From positions 243,476,001 to 243,540,000 of the forward strand of contig NC_086097.1 in assembly GCF_963921235.1 (NCBI RefSeq): a DNA stretch of 64,000 bases, in the 5' to 3' direction. Made by a program: the position numbers and the translations under genes. Positions 1 to 12,853 of this stretch are shown piece after piece. Source of the DNA: Mobula hypostoma (lineage: Eukaryota). The notes below the pieces were generated by a model. It saw only the letters and a list, made by a program, of their open reading frames with translations, made no database searches and was not told where the DNA came from. Every line of letters starts with the position of its first letter. Within the stretch, counting starts at the first letter, position 1.

Positions 1-19
1 ACACACTCAATAGTATTAC

Positions 20-102
20 AGTATCCGGAGTCTTCCTGACTGGATTCGAACTTGGGAACCTTTGCTCCAGAGTCCGGTGCTGATGCCACTACGCCACCAG
101 CC
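20..102 (-). mobile_element. tRNA-derived SINE head (Pol III A/B boxes)
   Basis: Minus strand reads GGCTGGTGGCGTAGTGGCATCAGC...AAGTTCGAATCCAGTC, with A box TGGCGTAGTGG and B box GTTCGAATCC. No complete cloverleaf. Confidence 0.6.
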
Positions 103-103
103 A

Positions 104-1554
104 GTTGATGATGGTGTTGAGACTAGCGCGTGACTTGGATTTAAGTGAGGGAGAGTTGCGCAGCGTCAGCCTCACTCTCTCTTCCCAATTCCCATCTGGA
201 TCCAGTGGCAAGACAAGAGTCGAGACGGCTGGAGATGGGACTAGGCGCAGTGGATGACCAGGACGCCTTCTGCGTCTTGTCCTGCTCTACGTGTTCCACG
301 ACGCTTGCACGGGCCCTCTTCTTGACCGTTGGACCTGCCATTGGTCTCATCCGCTCAATCCACTGGCGTCTGTCTTCACATGCTGGGATAGACAACTCCC
401 TATCTCACCGAGGGTTTGAGACCCGTCGGCTACCCTCGCTTGGTTTAGCCGGCTTGTCGAAGCCGTTGCCCGGGGTGTGGCCGCTGTCACATGCAAACGG
501 TTACAGGGAGCCACAGGTGAGAGCTGAGTGCCAGGTGGGGACCAAAGGTGGACTAACCGCCTTGAAAAGGACGCGACATAGAAACCATAGAAACTACAGC
601 ACAGAAACAGGCCTTTTGGCCCTTCTTGGCTGTGCCGAACCATTTTCTGCCTAGTCCCACTGACCTGCAAACGGACCATATCCCTCCATACACCTCCCAT
701 CCATGTATCTGTCCAATTTATTCTTAAATGTTAAAAAAGAACCAGCATTTACCACCTCATCTGGCAGTTCATTCCATACTCCCAGCACTCTCTGTGTGAA
801 GAAGCCCCCCCTAATAATCCCTTTAAACTTTCCCCCCATCACCCTTAACCCATGTCCTCTGGTGTTTTTCTCCCCTTGCCTCAGTGGGAAAAGCCTGCTT
901 GCATTCACTCTATCTATACCCATCATAATTTTATATACCTCTATCAAATCTCCCCTCATTCTTCTACGCTCCAGGGAATAAAGTCCTAACCTATTCAACC
1001 TTTCTCTGTAACTGAGTTTCTCAAGTCCTGGCAACATCCTTGTAAACCTTCTCTGCACTCTTTCAACCTTATTTATATCCTTCCTGTAACTTGGTGACCA
1101 AAACTGAACACAATACTCCAGATTCAGCCTCACCAATGCCTTATACAACCTCATCATAACATTCCAGTTCTTATACTCAATACCTTGATTAATAAAGGCC
1201 AATGTACCAAAAGCTAACTTTACGACCCTATATACTTGTGACGCCACTTTTAGGGAATTTTGTGTCTGTATTCCCAGATCCCTCTGTTCCACTGCACTCC
1301 TCAGTGCCTTACCATTAACCCTGTATGTTCTACCTTGGTTTGTCCTTCCAACGTGCAATACCTCACACTTGTCTGTATTAAACTCCATTTGCCATTTTTC
1401 AGCCCATTTTTCCAGCTGGTCCAAGTCCCTCTGCAGGCTCTGAAAACCTTCCTCACCGTCTACCACACTTCCAATCTTTGTATCATCAGCAGATTTGCTG
1501 ATCCAATTTTCCCCCACCAGAGGTGCTACCCCTCCCTGACACCCCATACACCCC
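104..1554 (-). mobile_element. RTE-related non-autonomous retroposon (about 520 bp) split by a CR1 insertion; parts 104-575 and 1507-1554
   Basis: Minus strand starts GGGGTGTATGGGGTGTCAGGGAGGGGTAGCACCTCTGGTG and ends in a (CAT/CAA)n-like tail. Resembles RTE-associated SINE-like elements from memory. Confidence 0.6.
576..1506 (-). mobile_element. CR1 LINE, 5'-truncated (RT C-terminus plus 3' UTR)
   Basis: ORF 651..1925 contains ISKSADDTK, QRDL..WAEKWQMEFN, LYKALVR..LEYCVQFW, RRRMRGDLIEVYKI; TTCTATGG-type tail. Confidence 0.92.
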
Positions 1555-1559
1555 AATTG

Positions 1560-2130
1560 TGAAAGACATACAGGGCTGGAGGAGGGGCAGTCTGATAGGA
1601 GAGGACAGAAAGCCATGGAAGAACGGGATGGGAAAGTAACACCAGAGGGACGTGACAAATAAGGAAGGAGATACAGTGAGAGAGGGAAATGAGAATGGGG
1701 AATGTTGAAGGAGAAGGGGTTGGGCCATTTCTGGAAGCTCGAGAAATCGATGTTCACACCATCAGGTTGGAGGTTACCCAGACGGAATGTAAGGTGTTGC
1801 TCCTCCATCCTGAGTGTGGCTTCATCGCGGCAGAAGAGGAGGCTGTGGACTGACATGTCAGAATGGGAATGGGAAGTGAAATAGATGGCCACCAGGGAAT
1901 CCCACTTTCCTGGTGGACAGAGCATAGACGCTCGTTGAAGGGGTCTCCCAATCTACATTGACTCACCGATATACAGGAGGCCACACCAGGATTACCAGAT
2001 ACAGTAAGATGACCCCTAAAGACTCACAGGTGAAGTGTTTCTTCTTCTGGGAAGACTGTTTGGGGTCCTGAATGGTTGTGAGGGAGGAGGTGTACGGGCA
2101 GGTGTAGCATTTGTTCTGCTTGCAAGGATA
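1560..2130 (-). mobile_element. Penelope-like element remnant (GIY-YIG C-terminal region)
   Basis: Translates to ..HSHSDMSVHSLLFCRDEATLRMEEQHLTFRLGNLQPDGVNIDFS, with a degenerate YIGE motif upstream. Homologous copies near 3890-4097, 9100-9210, 11060-11590, 31481-32075, 39270-39945. Confidence 0.7.
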
Positions 2131-2983
2131 TATTTAAGGCCGGGGTTGATAGATTCTTGATTGGTCGGGGCATGATGGGATACAGGGAGAAGGCAGGAGA
2201 TTGGGTTGAAAGGGAAAATGGATCAGCCATGATGAAACAATGGAGAAGACTCGATGGGCTGAATGGCTTATTTCTGTTCCTACTGTTTATCTTAAGGTCT
2301 TATGTCCCAGTGCATATGTAGTTCCTTGTGCCAGGTATCTCATTGACCAGGGTCATCGAATAGATTATTCCCTCTCCCCTGGAGCATCCTTCTCTTCCAC
2401 CGTATTGTCTGCATTGCCGTTGTCTTCCTGTCTTTGTTTGACAAAAGTGCATTTATTATTAATTCAAACCATGACAGTACAATTATACAATCACATTACA
2501 ACAAAAAAACAGACAAATCTTGACTAACGCTGATTAAATTAACACAATTGCATCCTCATCAATGATGGTATTTATCCCCTGCTGTGCCCAGCAGCTTTAA
2601 AATGGCTCCACAGCTATCCAGGCACAGACATACCTCCTGAACATGGCCAGACAGTGAGCCCAGGCAGAACCCTCCACTACCCATCCTCAGGACTCACGGA
2701 TGGCTATCTTAGCCAGCCACAGTAACAGGCTTGCTGGGATATCCTACTCCCTCCTGCCCCACTCCATAATGTCCTCCTGTCAAGAGAGTGCCAATATCGG
2801 CTGAATCTTTTCCCTGAATATTGTGCAGCAACGTGCAGTGGACGATGTACAAAACTGTGTGAGGTATTATTTATTTTACAATCCTGTGTGGAGTAGGCCC
2901 TTCTGCCCCTTCGAGCCACCCCTGACAAACTCACAATTTGCAATGATCAACTAATCTGCCCTGTATGTCTCTGAACCGTGGGA

Positions 2984-3223
2984 AGTTTTGTGTATTTCTG
3001 ACTTTAGTAATATTTGAGTAATTACATATGTACACTTATTGAGTATTCTGGTTGTTTAAATAATCCGTTATGGGTCATATGAATAAATATATGAATGGTG
3101 TATGTCATCATGCCTCTGTGTGATGTGGGCGCGCCTTGCTTAAAATAACCACAAAGATTGACTCATATTTCGGACTCCTATGTCTTCCTTTGAATTAGTT
3201 TAAAGTTTTGAAGTGACAAAACA
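2984..3223. mobile_element. Possible short solo LTR or TIR element inside a V-SINE
   Basis: Ends GTTTTGT...ACAAAACA are inverted; V-SINE sequence resumes on both sides. Confidence 0.35.
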
Positions 3224-3569
3224 TGCACAAGGAAACTAATGGGCCCACAGAAAACCCAAACAATCCACAGCGAGGAAGTACAGAGAATCCTTACAGAAAT
3301 GAACTCTGAAATCCAGAATACCCTGAGCTGTAAGGAAATCTGGTATCTCTTAAATCCCATCTTAGTGTTTATTTTCAAATATAAACTACCGTAACACTGT
3401 TTCCTGTACCTCCTTGTCCAAGTTAGGGCCAGTGCTAACAGCAACCATGTTTTAAGGCAATGAAAATTTGGCACGGTATGGTGCAAGAACAATTGGGACA
3501 CAAGAGACCACATGCTGGAATCTGGAGCAGCGATCTATGTATAGGATGGACTCAACAGGTCAGGCAGAG

Positions 3570-3890
3570 GCAGCATGGGCTGGCGTTGGCGGTCAGAGCA
3601 ATCGTGTTATTGTGTCAGAAATCTCTGATCAGGTTTCACTTCCCACTGTCGTGGGTAACGAGGTTGTACCTTCTCCCTGTGACTGAGTGGGTTTCCTCCG
3701 GGTGCTCCAGTTTCCTCCCACGTTCCAAAGATGTACACGTTAGGATTAGTAAATTGTGGGCATGCTACACTGGCGCTGAAAGCACGGCAACATTTGCAGC
3801 CTGCCCCCAGCATATCCTCGCTGATCTGATTTGACACAAATGACGCATTTCATTGTACATTTCAATATATGTGTGGCAAATAAAGCTAAT
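3570..3890 (+). mobile_element. V-domain SINE (HE1-like); representative of about 12 copies
   Basis: V-domain CTCCCTGTGACTGAGTGGGTTTCCTCCGGGTGCTCCAGTTTCCTCCCACGTTCCAAAGA. Other copies near 6755-7045(-), 17830-18000(+), 18735-18880(+), 18890-19107(-), 21700-21960(-), 29840-29995(-), 30760-30990(-), 41230-41400(+), 50260-50555(-), 51085-51375(-). Confidence 0.75.
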
Positions 3891-4106
3891 CTATTCTCTC
3901 CGGTGCTCCCAATGTGGCCTCCTTTGTAAACTGGGAGACCGCTTCACTGACCACCTCCGCTACATCTCCCACAAGCCTACCCAATGGCCAAACATTTTAA
4001 TTCTGATTCCCATTCTCGTTCCAACATGTCGAACCATGGCCTCCTTTTGTGTCAAGATGAGGCCACGCTCAGGGTGGAGGAGCACCACCTTATGTTCCTT
4101 TCGACC

Positions 4107-6290
4107 ATAAGATATAGGAGCAGATTCAGGCCATTTGGCCCGTCAAATCTGCGCCGCCATTTCAGCATGGCTGATCAATTTTTCCTCTCAGCCCCAATCT
4201 CCTGCCTTCTCCCATTACCCCTTCATGCACTGATCAGTCAAAAATATATCAATATCTTCCGTAAATATACACAAAGGCTTGGCCTCCACACATACCTCTG
4301 GCAAGGAATTCCACAAATTCACCACTCTCTGGCTAAAGAAATTCACATGCTCTCTATCAAAGCCTTTCACCATTCCCCTTATCCTTCTGAATTCCACCAA
4401 ATACAGGCCCAGAGCCATCAAACGCTCTTCATATTACAAGCCATTTATTCCTGGAATCATTTTGTGAAACTCGTTTGAACCCTCTCCAGTTTTAGCACAT
4501 CCTTTCTAAGATAGGGGGCACAAAACTGCTCACGATACTCCAAGCAAGGCCTTACTACGGCTTTAGAAAGACCCAACATTACATCCTTGCCTTTATATTC
4601 TAGTCTTCTTGAAATGAATGCTAACATTGCATTTGCCTTCCTCACCACAGACCCAGCACAGGTAATCATGCACAAGGACTCCCAAGCCCCTTTATGCTTC
4701 AGTATTTTGTATGTTCACTCCATTTCATTTCTTCTACAAGTGCAAGACCGTACAATGCCTAACACTGTACTCCATCTGCTACTTCTTTGTACATTCTCCT
4801 AATCTGTCTAAATCCTTCTATAGCCTCTCTATTTCCTCAAAACTACCTACTCATTGACCAATCTGCATACCGTCTGCAACTTGGCAACAAATTCATTATC
4901 CAAATTATTGACATACAATGTAAAAAGAATTGGTCCCAAAACAGATCCCTGTGGAACACAACTAGTCTCTGGCAGCCAACCAGAAAAGGCTTCCTTTATT
5001 CCCACTCTTTGTCTCCTGCCAATCAGCCACTGCTTTACCCATGCTAGAGTCTTTTCTGTAATACCACAGGCTTGTAGCTTGATAAGCAGCTTCAAGTATC
5101 TCACCATGTCGAATGCCTTCTGCAAATCCAAGTACACAACATGAACTGATTCTCCTTTGTCGATCCTGCTTGTTATTTCTTCAAAGAATTCCAATAGATT
5201 CATCAGGCAAGATTTTCCCTTGAGGAAACCATGCTAACTACAGCCTATTTTATCACGTGCCTCCAAGTACCCTGAGACCACATCCTTAATAATTGACTAC
5301 ACCTTCCCAACCACTGAAGTCAGACTAACTCATAAATTACTATAGATGGTACCGTGGAGAGCATTCTGACAGGCTGCATCACTGTCTGGTATGGAGGGGC
5401 TACTGCGCAGGACAGAAAGAAGCTGCAGAGGGTTGTAAATCTAGTCGGCTCCATCTTGGGTACTAGCCTACAAAGTACCCAGGACATCTCCAGGGAGTGG
5501 TGTTTCAGATAGGCAGCGTCCATTATTAAGGACCTCCAGCGCCCAGGGCATGCCCTTTTCTCACTGTTACCATCAGGGAGGAGGTACAGAAGCCTGAAGG
5601 CACACACTCAGTGATTCAGGAACAGCTTCTTCCCCTCTGACATCTGATTCCTAAATGGACATTGAACCCTCGGACACTACCTCACTTATTTTAATGTAAA
5701 GTATTTTTTTTGCACGTTTTTAATCTATTTGACATACATATACATTTATTCGTTTGTCTGTTTGTTTGTTCATTTATTTATCTATTTTCTTTCTTTTATA
5801 TTATGTATTGTATTGAACTGCTGCTGCTAAGTTAACAAATTTCACGTCACATGCCGATGATAATAAACCTGATTCTGATTCTGATTCTATAGTTTCCTTT
5901 CCTCTGTTTCTCTTCCTTCTTGGAAAAGTGGAGTGACATTTGCAATTTTCCAGTCTTCTGGAGCCATTCCAGAATCTTGTGATTCTTGAAAGATCATTAC
6001 TAATACCTCCACAATCTCTTCAGCCACCTCTTTCAGAACACTGGGGTGCCCACCATCTGGTCCAGGTGACTTATCTACCTTCAGACCTTTCAGTTTCCCA
6101 AGAACCTTCTCTCTGGTTATGATAACTTCACACACTTCATGCCCCCTGATACCATGCTGTTGGTGTCTTCCACAATGAAGGCTGATGACAACTACTTGCT
6201 TAGTTTATCCACCATTTCATTGTCTCCCATTACTATCTCTCCAGCATCGTTTTCCTACGGTTTGATATCCATTTTCACCTCTCTTTTGTA
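4107..6290 (-). mobile_element. Degenerate CR1 LINE (RT region), interrupted by a Rex1-like fragment
   Basis: ORF fragments [40 protein letters not shown]. Confidence 0.85.
5346..5887 (+). mobile_element. Rex1/Babar-like LINE 3' fragment
   Basis: Encodes TVESILTGCITVWYGGATAQDRKKLQRVV; AATAAA plus (CTGATT)n tail; flanked by duplicated CTATAG. Confidence 0.7.
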
Positions 6291-6657
6291 TTCTCCAATC
6301 CGAACCTCCCCTTTTGGTCCCTTTTCCCACCATCTCCCAGACCCTTTTCGCCTATCTTTATCTCCTTCCCCCTTCCACCCACTTCAGACACAGGTATCCC
6401 CTCCTCACACCTCAACTGGTTCCAGTCTTCATAAGCACTCTACAGATGCTGTAAATCCGGAGCAGCACACACAAAGTACTGGAGGAACTCGGCAGGTCAG
6501 GCAGTGTCTACGGAGAGAGAAAAGCTGTCGATGTTTCTAGCCATATTTCCTTTCTGTTGCAAATTTTACAAAGCTCTCTTTCACAAATATGGTTTAATCA
6601 GGTAATAATCAGTTTTCTGCGAGACAAGATTGTGACTCTCTGTTCATTATTACACAG

Positions 6658-6711
6658 GTGACAAAGGAAATAGAGGTTACCCAGGACCTCCAGGAAACAA
6701 AGGCCAACCAG
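6658..6711 (+). CDS. COLEC10: Collectin-10-like, internal collagen exon (54 bp, phase 1-1)
   Basis: ttacacAG|GTGACAAA...CAACCAG|GTatgg. Encodes (G)DKGNRGYPGPPGNKGQP(G), six Gly-X-Y triplets, and splices in frame to the 15395 exon. Upstream exons are not in the window. Confidence 0.9.
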
Positions 6712-7157
6712 GTATGGTACCTGACGACTAAAATGTACAGTAACCTCAACAATATTTATTTATTTTAGAGATCCCGTCCGGAATAGGCCATTCTGACTCT
6801 TTGAGCTGTACCTCTCAGCAATCCTCCAATTTAATCCCAGCCTAATCACTGGACAATTTACAATGACCGATTAACCTACCAACCGGTTTGTCTTTGAACT
6901 GTTGGAGGAAAGCAGAGCACCAGGAAGAAACCTCCATGGTCATGGAGCGAACGTACAAACTCCCACAGGTAGTGGTGGGAATTGAACCCAGGTCACCTGT
7001 ACTGTAAAGCATTGTGTTAACCACTACATTCGCGTGCCACCCATTATCTCCCAGTGTCAAAGAGATGCCACGCTCCCTCGGAAAGCTCTAGATGAAAGTC
7101 TGCATCCCATGGAAATTCAGTACTGGAAACTTCTGACTTTTGACGTCCAGTAGTTCA

Positions 7158-7557
7158 CGTTTGTTCATTCGTTCATTATGCCCCATGCCGTGAGACAAAT
7201 GTGTTAATGATCTTTCCATGACTATGATTGTTCTTGACAAATTTTTCTATAAAGGTGGCTTGCTATTGCCTTCTACTGAGGAGAGTCTTTAAAAGACGGG
7301 TGACCCCAGCCGTTACCAATACTCTTCAGAGATCGTCTGCCTGGCTTCAGTGGCCACATAACAGGACTTGCGATATGCACCAGCTGCTCATATGACCATC
7401 CACCATCTGCTCTCATGGCTTCAGGTGACCCTGATCAGTGGGGAGGGGTATGTGGGGGCTGGGACTAAGCAGCTGCTACACTTTGCCCAAGGGTGACCTG
7501 CAGACTGGCGAGAAGGAGCGCCTTACACATCCTTTGGCATCGACCTATCTCGACCCC
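7158..7557 (-). mobile_element. RTE/BovB-type non-autonomous element (second copy 59056-59595, +)
   Basis: Homologous end to end, inverted, with 59056-59595, which carries the BovB-like 3' motif GAAGGCAACGGCAAACCACTTCTGTAG. Confidence 0.65.
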
Positions 7558-7800
7558 GATGCTCCATACTCACGTTAGACACAATAAAAGAAACAAAACT
7601 CAGTTCCTTTCCTATGATTTGGCCCTATTAAGTAAAATGAGTTAACTTGCAGCTTATCTGATTGATACCAAAATGATTTTAATTACTTGGATGTGCTTAA
7701 CTACTTTATTTGTGTTTTGAAATGGTCTGGTTGGTAGATAACAAAGGGAAGGGTAAAACTATCAATAGATCAAATACTGAATTCAGTAGACACACGTAAA

Positions 7801-8019
7801 TGGACAACAGTGACGGAGAGTGTGCTGATCAACACAGAGCTGGACAACAGTAACGGAGAACGTGATGGTCAACATGGAGCTGGAGAACAGTTAAGGAGAG
7901 TGTGATGGTCTACATGGAGCTGAACGACAGTGACGGAGAGTGTGATGGACAACAGTAATGAAGAGTGTGATGGTCAACGTGGAGCTGGACAACAGTAACG
8001 GAGAGTGTGATGGTCTACA
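7801..8019. repeat. 40-bp minisatellite, about 5.5 copies
   Basis: Unit TGGACAACAGTRACGGAGAGTGTGATGGTCWACATGGAGC at 7801, 7841, 7881, 7921 (25-bp partial), 7946 and 7986. Confidence 0.9.
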
Positions 8020-8466
8020 GTGTCAGAATCTACACTGCATGATCATAGTCTCAAACAAAAGTGACAGACTTGCCTAGGCCCTATTCACTGTCCTATCAGT
8101 AATCTAGTCAGCAATTTTGGTACTCCATGTCCTAGAATGGTTATGGTTTTGTCTTCTCACTCCTGTCAGATTTGCTTTTTTGTAGGTTTTTTTTCCCAAT
8201 AAACAGTACAGTACAGCACAGGAACTGGCCATTTGGTCCACAATGTTTTGCCAAAACAATTAAATTAGTAATGAAATGACCAACTGAACTAATCTTTTAG
8301 CCTACATGATGTCAATGTCCTTCGATTTTCCCCACATTCCTGTGCCTTTCTAAATTCCCTTAGGAAGTCCTAATGTATCTGCCACTACCCCAGGCAATGC
8401 ATTTCAAATAGTGTAAAATACCTGCCCTTCAGATCCCTTTTGAAAGTACCCTCTGTTAACTTAAAT

Positions 8467-8548
8467 CCGGTGTTCCCAACCTGGGGTTCACGGACCCCTT
8501 GGTTAATGGTGGGGGTCCATGGCATAAAAAGAGGCTGGGGACCCCCTG
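8467..8548. mobile_element. 82-bp hAT(Charlie)-like MITE inside a CR1 fragment (about 8205-8742, -)
   Basis: Ends CCGGTGTTCCCAACC / GGCTGGGGACCCCCTG; internal GGGGTTCACGGACCCC hairpin; degenerate 8-bp flanks acTTAAAt / cgTTAAAc. Confidence 0.65.
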
Positions 8549-10699
8549 CGTTAAACGCATGTTCTGTGGTGTTAGACAATTCAACCCTGGGGAAAAGATA
8601 CTGCTTGCCGATTCTATCCATGCCTCTCATGACCTTAGAAGCCTCCAGCTGATTTCCACTCGGCCTCTGGTGCTCCAGAGAAAACAGCCCGAGTTTGTCA
8701 TAGCTGTAAACCAAGTAAACCTCTTCTGCACCCTCTCCAAAGTATAAGTATCAAATATTAAACTGAGACAGCTTCTATTATCACTCGGAAAGACAGCTGG
8801 ACTAATGCACCTGAGTCTGTAGCATTATATAACAATTCTACGTGACACGTTGGTTAAAACTGACAGAGGCATCTGTATCATTAACCTGTACTGCATTCGA
8901 ACTAGATATCCACTCAGTGTTCTATACCACTGCCATTACTGATGTCATAAATATGAATAATTTAGATTTAACTTCAGATTTGTTTATCACATATGCATCA
9001 AAGCACACAGTGAAATGTATGCCTAGGGATGTGCTGCAGGCAGCCCTTAAGTGTTGTCTCAAATTTCAGCGCCAACATAGCCATCACTCAAAAGTGGGAG
9101 ATCTCAGTGGCCATTCCCATGCCCGTTCCCATTCCGACATGTTGGTCCATGGCCCCCTCTTGTGCCACAATGGACCCAGCCTCAGGCTGGAGGAGCAACA
9201 TCTCAAATTCCTATCAATGTACCTGTGTAGCTGTGCTTTAATTGTTGTCAATGTGCCTGCCTCAGCCACTTCCCCTGGCAGCTCGCTTCATATAAGTACC
9301 ACCCCCTGTGTGAAAGTGTTGCCCCTAAGGTTCTCAATAAAACTTTCTCCTCACCTTAAAGCTGAACCCTCTTCTTCTTCATACCCCCACCCTGGGGAAA
9401 AGACTAGGTGAATGCACTGTTTCTATGTGCCTCATGATTTTGTACTGCTCTATAAGGTCACCCCTCAGCCTCTATGCTCCAAGGAATAAAGTCCTACACT
9501 TCCCAAACTCTCTCCATAGCCTAGTCCCTTGAGTCCTGGCATTATCCTTGTAAATCTTTTCTGAGCTCTTTCCATCTCCAAGGCATCTTTTCTGTAGCAG
9601 GCTGACCACAACTGAGTATAATGTTCATTTCCATAGACGCTGCCTGGCCTGCTGAGTTCCTGCAGCGTTTTGTGTGTGTTGCTTGGATTTCCAGCATCTG
9701 CAGATTTTCTCTTGTTTGTGATAATGCTCTGTGTTCAGTCTTACCAATATCTTGCAACATAACATCCCAACTTCTAGAGGAAGCGGTCTGACTGATGAAG
9801 GCCACCTTGCCAAAACTTTTCTAGTGATGTCTATACTCTTTCAGTGCAAATAAAGAATCTCAAACTGAAACACAGACTTTCCATTTTCCTCAGACACGCG
9901 GCTGAGATCCTCTAGCAGTCTGACTTTTGAACATGCTGTATAACGTTGACCATAGAACAGTACGTCCCCTTTGGCCCACAATGTTGCACAGACTTCTTAA
10001 CCTACTCTGAGATCAATCTAATCCCTGCTGCAAAACCTTCCATTTTTCTAGCATCCATAAGAGATTTTTAAATGTTCTAATTAATCTGCCTCTGTCACCT
10101 CCCCTGGGAGGGTGTCCCATGCACCTACTATTCTTTGTAAAGAACTTATCTCTGACATGCCCCCCGGTACTTTTCTCCAATTGCCTTATTATGCCCCATC
10201 ATATTAGCTGTTTCTTCCCTGGGAAAGCAGTGGAGGCCAAGTCATTGAGTGTATTTAAGGCAGAGATTGATAGGTATCTGAGTAGCCAGGGCATCAAAGG
10301 TTATGGTGAGAAGGCGGGGGAGTGGGACTAAATGGGAGAATGGATCAGCTCATGATAAAATAGCGGAGCAGACTCGATGGGCCAAATGGCTGACTTCTGC
10401 TCCTTTGTCTTATGGTCTTATGGTCTTATGGAAAAAAAAAATTGGCTGTCCACTCAATCAATGCCTCTTATTGCCTTCTACACCTCTCATTCTCCCCTTT
10501 CCCAAATTCCAGCCTCTACAGTCTCTTGTATTCCCTCCTCGATCTTTCCTGATGTCAATCAGCAACCCACCCCCTCACCACCATCTCACCACAATTGTCT
10601 CCAGAACTAAATATCTCCAGCATCCGCAGTCCCGTGTCTTCAAATTCAAGACAAACAGCAGGATTCCTCACAGAAAGAGTAAGCAACATACTGATAGTT

Positions 10700-10993
10700 T
10701 TCAGAAAGGAGCAGTGAAAGGACTACTACAGAGTCTTTTAAAAAGTAATTGCACACAACAGTGGATGGGAACTCCGCCACAGATGTTCCCAAACCCAGCT
10801 GTGAAAGGAGAAGGGCTGGACATGTGGCTAGCAATCCCATCCTGTAAAAACCCAGAGCAACAGAAACTGCAAAGACCTCATCCCTGGGAGAGGAAGGAAA
10901 CAGCAAGCAGATGGGAGAACTTGAAAGACGGGCCCAGGACAGCGGGCTGTTTGCAGCCGCTGCCCCGATAGGGGTGATGGGCTTAAGAAGAAG
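10700..10993 (+). mobile_element. RTE-type bipartite non-autonomous element with (AAG)n tail
   Basis: GGGCTGGACATGTGGCTAGCAATCCCATCCTGTAAAAA (RTE 5'UTR-like) joined to a 3' end ...GGGCTTAAGAAGAAGA. Confidence 0.45.
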
Positions 10994-11709
10994 ACAATGG
11001 ACGGGAGATCACGTCGTTGAGCAACCTTTACTCCGTCTGCCACAACAGGCAGGATTTCCCCAGTGACCACCCATTGTAATTCTACCTCCAATTCTTATTC
11101 TGACATGTACTCCTCTAGTGTCAGGTTGGAAAAGCAACTCCTCATATTCCATCTGGATAACCTCCAACTCGATGGCATAAACATTGATTTCTCAAATTTC
11201 CATTAGTATCTCTCCCCCTTTTTCAATTCCCCATTTTGGCTCCCCTGTTACTCCTTCTCTTCTCCACATTCAGCCATCAACTCCTTCCCTTTCTCCCATG
11301 GTCCACTCTCCTCTCCTATCAGATTCCTTCTTCTTCAGTCCTTTACCTCTTCCACATACGTATCACTTTTAGTTTCTCACTTCCTCCCCTCTCCCCACCT
11401 ACCCACCTGGTTTCACCGATCACCGGGCAACTTGTACACCTTCAGCTCTTCCCACCTTCTTATTCTGGCTTCTGCGTCATTCCCTTCTAGACTAAATTAA
11501 GGCTCTTGGCCTGAAACATCAACTGTTTATTCCCCTCCATAGATACTGCCTGACTTGCTGAGTTCCTCCAGCATTTTGTGTGTTGTTCACAATGGACTGA
11601 GTGAACTTCCTTACAGACAGTCTAGTGATGTAATTGACTTAACTGTATTTAAGTATCGGTTATGCAACAGAGACAGTTTTACCTTGAGTACTTTCAGTTT
11701 CATTTTACA

Positions 11710-12853
11710 ACATAAGAACGTAAGCAATAGAAGCAGGCTGGCCCATCGAGCCTGCCCCGCTATTCAATATCTGATATCTGATCTGTCCATAAACTCAGCT
11801 CCATCTACCTGCCTTTTCCCCATAACCCTTAATTCCCCTACTATGTAAAAACCTATCTAACTGTATCTTAAATATATTTAGTGAAGAAGCCTCAACTGAT
11901 TCCCTGGGCAGAGAATTCCACAGATTCGCCACTCTCTGGGAAAAATAGTTTCTCCTCATCTCCGCCCTAAATCCTCTCCCCTGAATCTTGAGGCAATGTC
12001 CCCTAGTTCTAGTCTCACCCACCGATGGAAACAACTTTCCGACTTCTATCTCACCTATCCCTTTCAAAATTTTGTATGTTTCTATAAGATCCCCTCTCCT
12101 GAATTCCTGAGAGTATAGTCCCAGGCGACTCAATGTCACCTCATAGATTAACCCCTTCATCCCTGGAATCAACCTGGTGAACCTCCTCTGCACTGCCTCC
12201 AAAGCCAGTATATCCTTCCTCAAGTATGGAGACCAGAACTGCACACAGTACTCCAGGTGCGGCCTCACCAGTACCCTGTATAGTTGCAGCATGACCTCCC
12301 TGCTCTTGAATTCAATCCCTCTAGCAATGAAGGCCAACATTCTGTTTGCCTTCTTAATAACCTGATGTACCTGCAAGCCAACTTTTTGCGATTCATGCAC
12401 AAGCACTCCCAAGTCCCTCTGCACAACAGCATGCTGCAATCTTTCACCATTTAAATAATAATCTGCTCTTCTATCATTCCTTCCAAAGTGGATGATCTCG
12501 CATTTACCAACATTGTATTCCATCTGCCAGACCTTGGCCCACTCACTTAACCTATCTATATCCCTCTGCAGACTCTCCACATCCTCTGTACAATTTGCTT
12601 TTCCACTCAGTTTAGTGTCATCAACAAATTTTGCTACGCTACACTCAGTCCCCTCTTCCAAATCATCAATGTAAACGGTAAACAGCTGCGGGCCCAGCAC
12701 CGACCCCTGCGGCACCCCACTCACCACTGACTGCCAACTGGAGAAACACCCATTTATACCAACTCTCTGCCTTCTATCGGTTAACCAATCCACTATCCAT
12801 GCCAATACACTTCCTCCAACTCCATGCATCCGTGTCTTATTTATAAGTCTCTT
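11710..12853 (-). mobile_element. CR1 LINE, 5'-truncated
   Basis: ORF 11795..12829 (344 aa): [28 protein letters not shown]. Confidence 0.92.

Noticed and set aside
20..102. tRNA gene
   Set aside because: A and B boxes are present but there is no convincing complete cloverleaf; it fits a SINE head better.
651..1925. 424-aa ORF apparently fusing a GIY-YIG-type tail to a reverse transcriptase
   Set aside because: Chance read-through across three adjacent elements (PLE remnant, RTE-SINE end, truncated CR1); both domains are partial.
7801..8019. Regularly spaced repeats as a CRISPR array
   Set aside because: Head-to-tail units without unique spacers, in eukaryotic context, with no cas genes.
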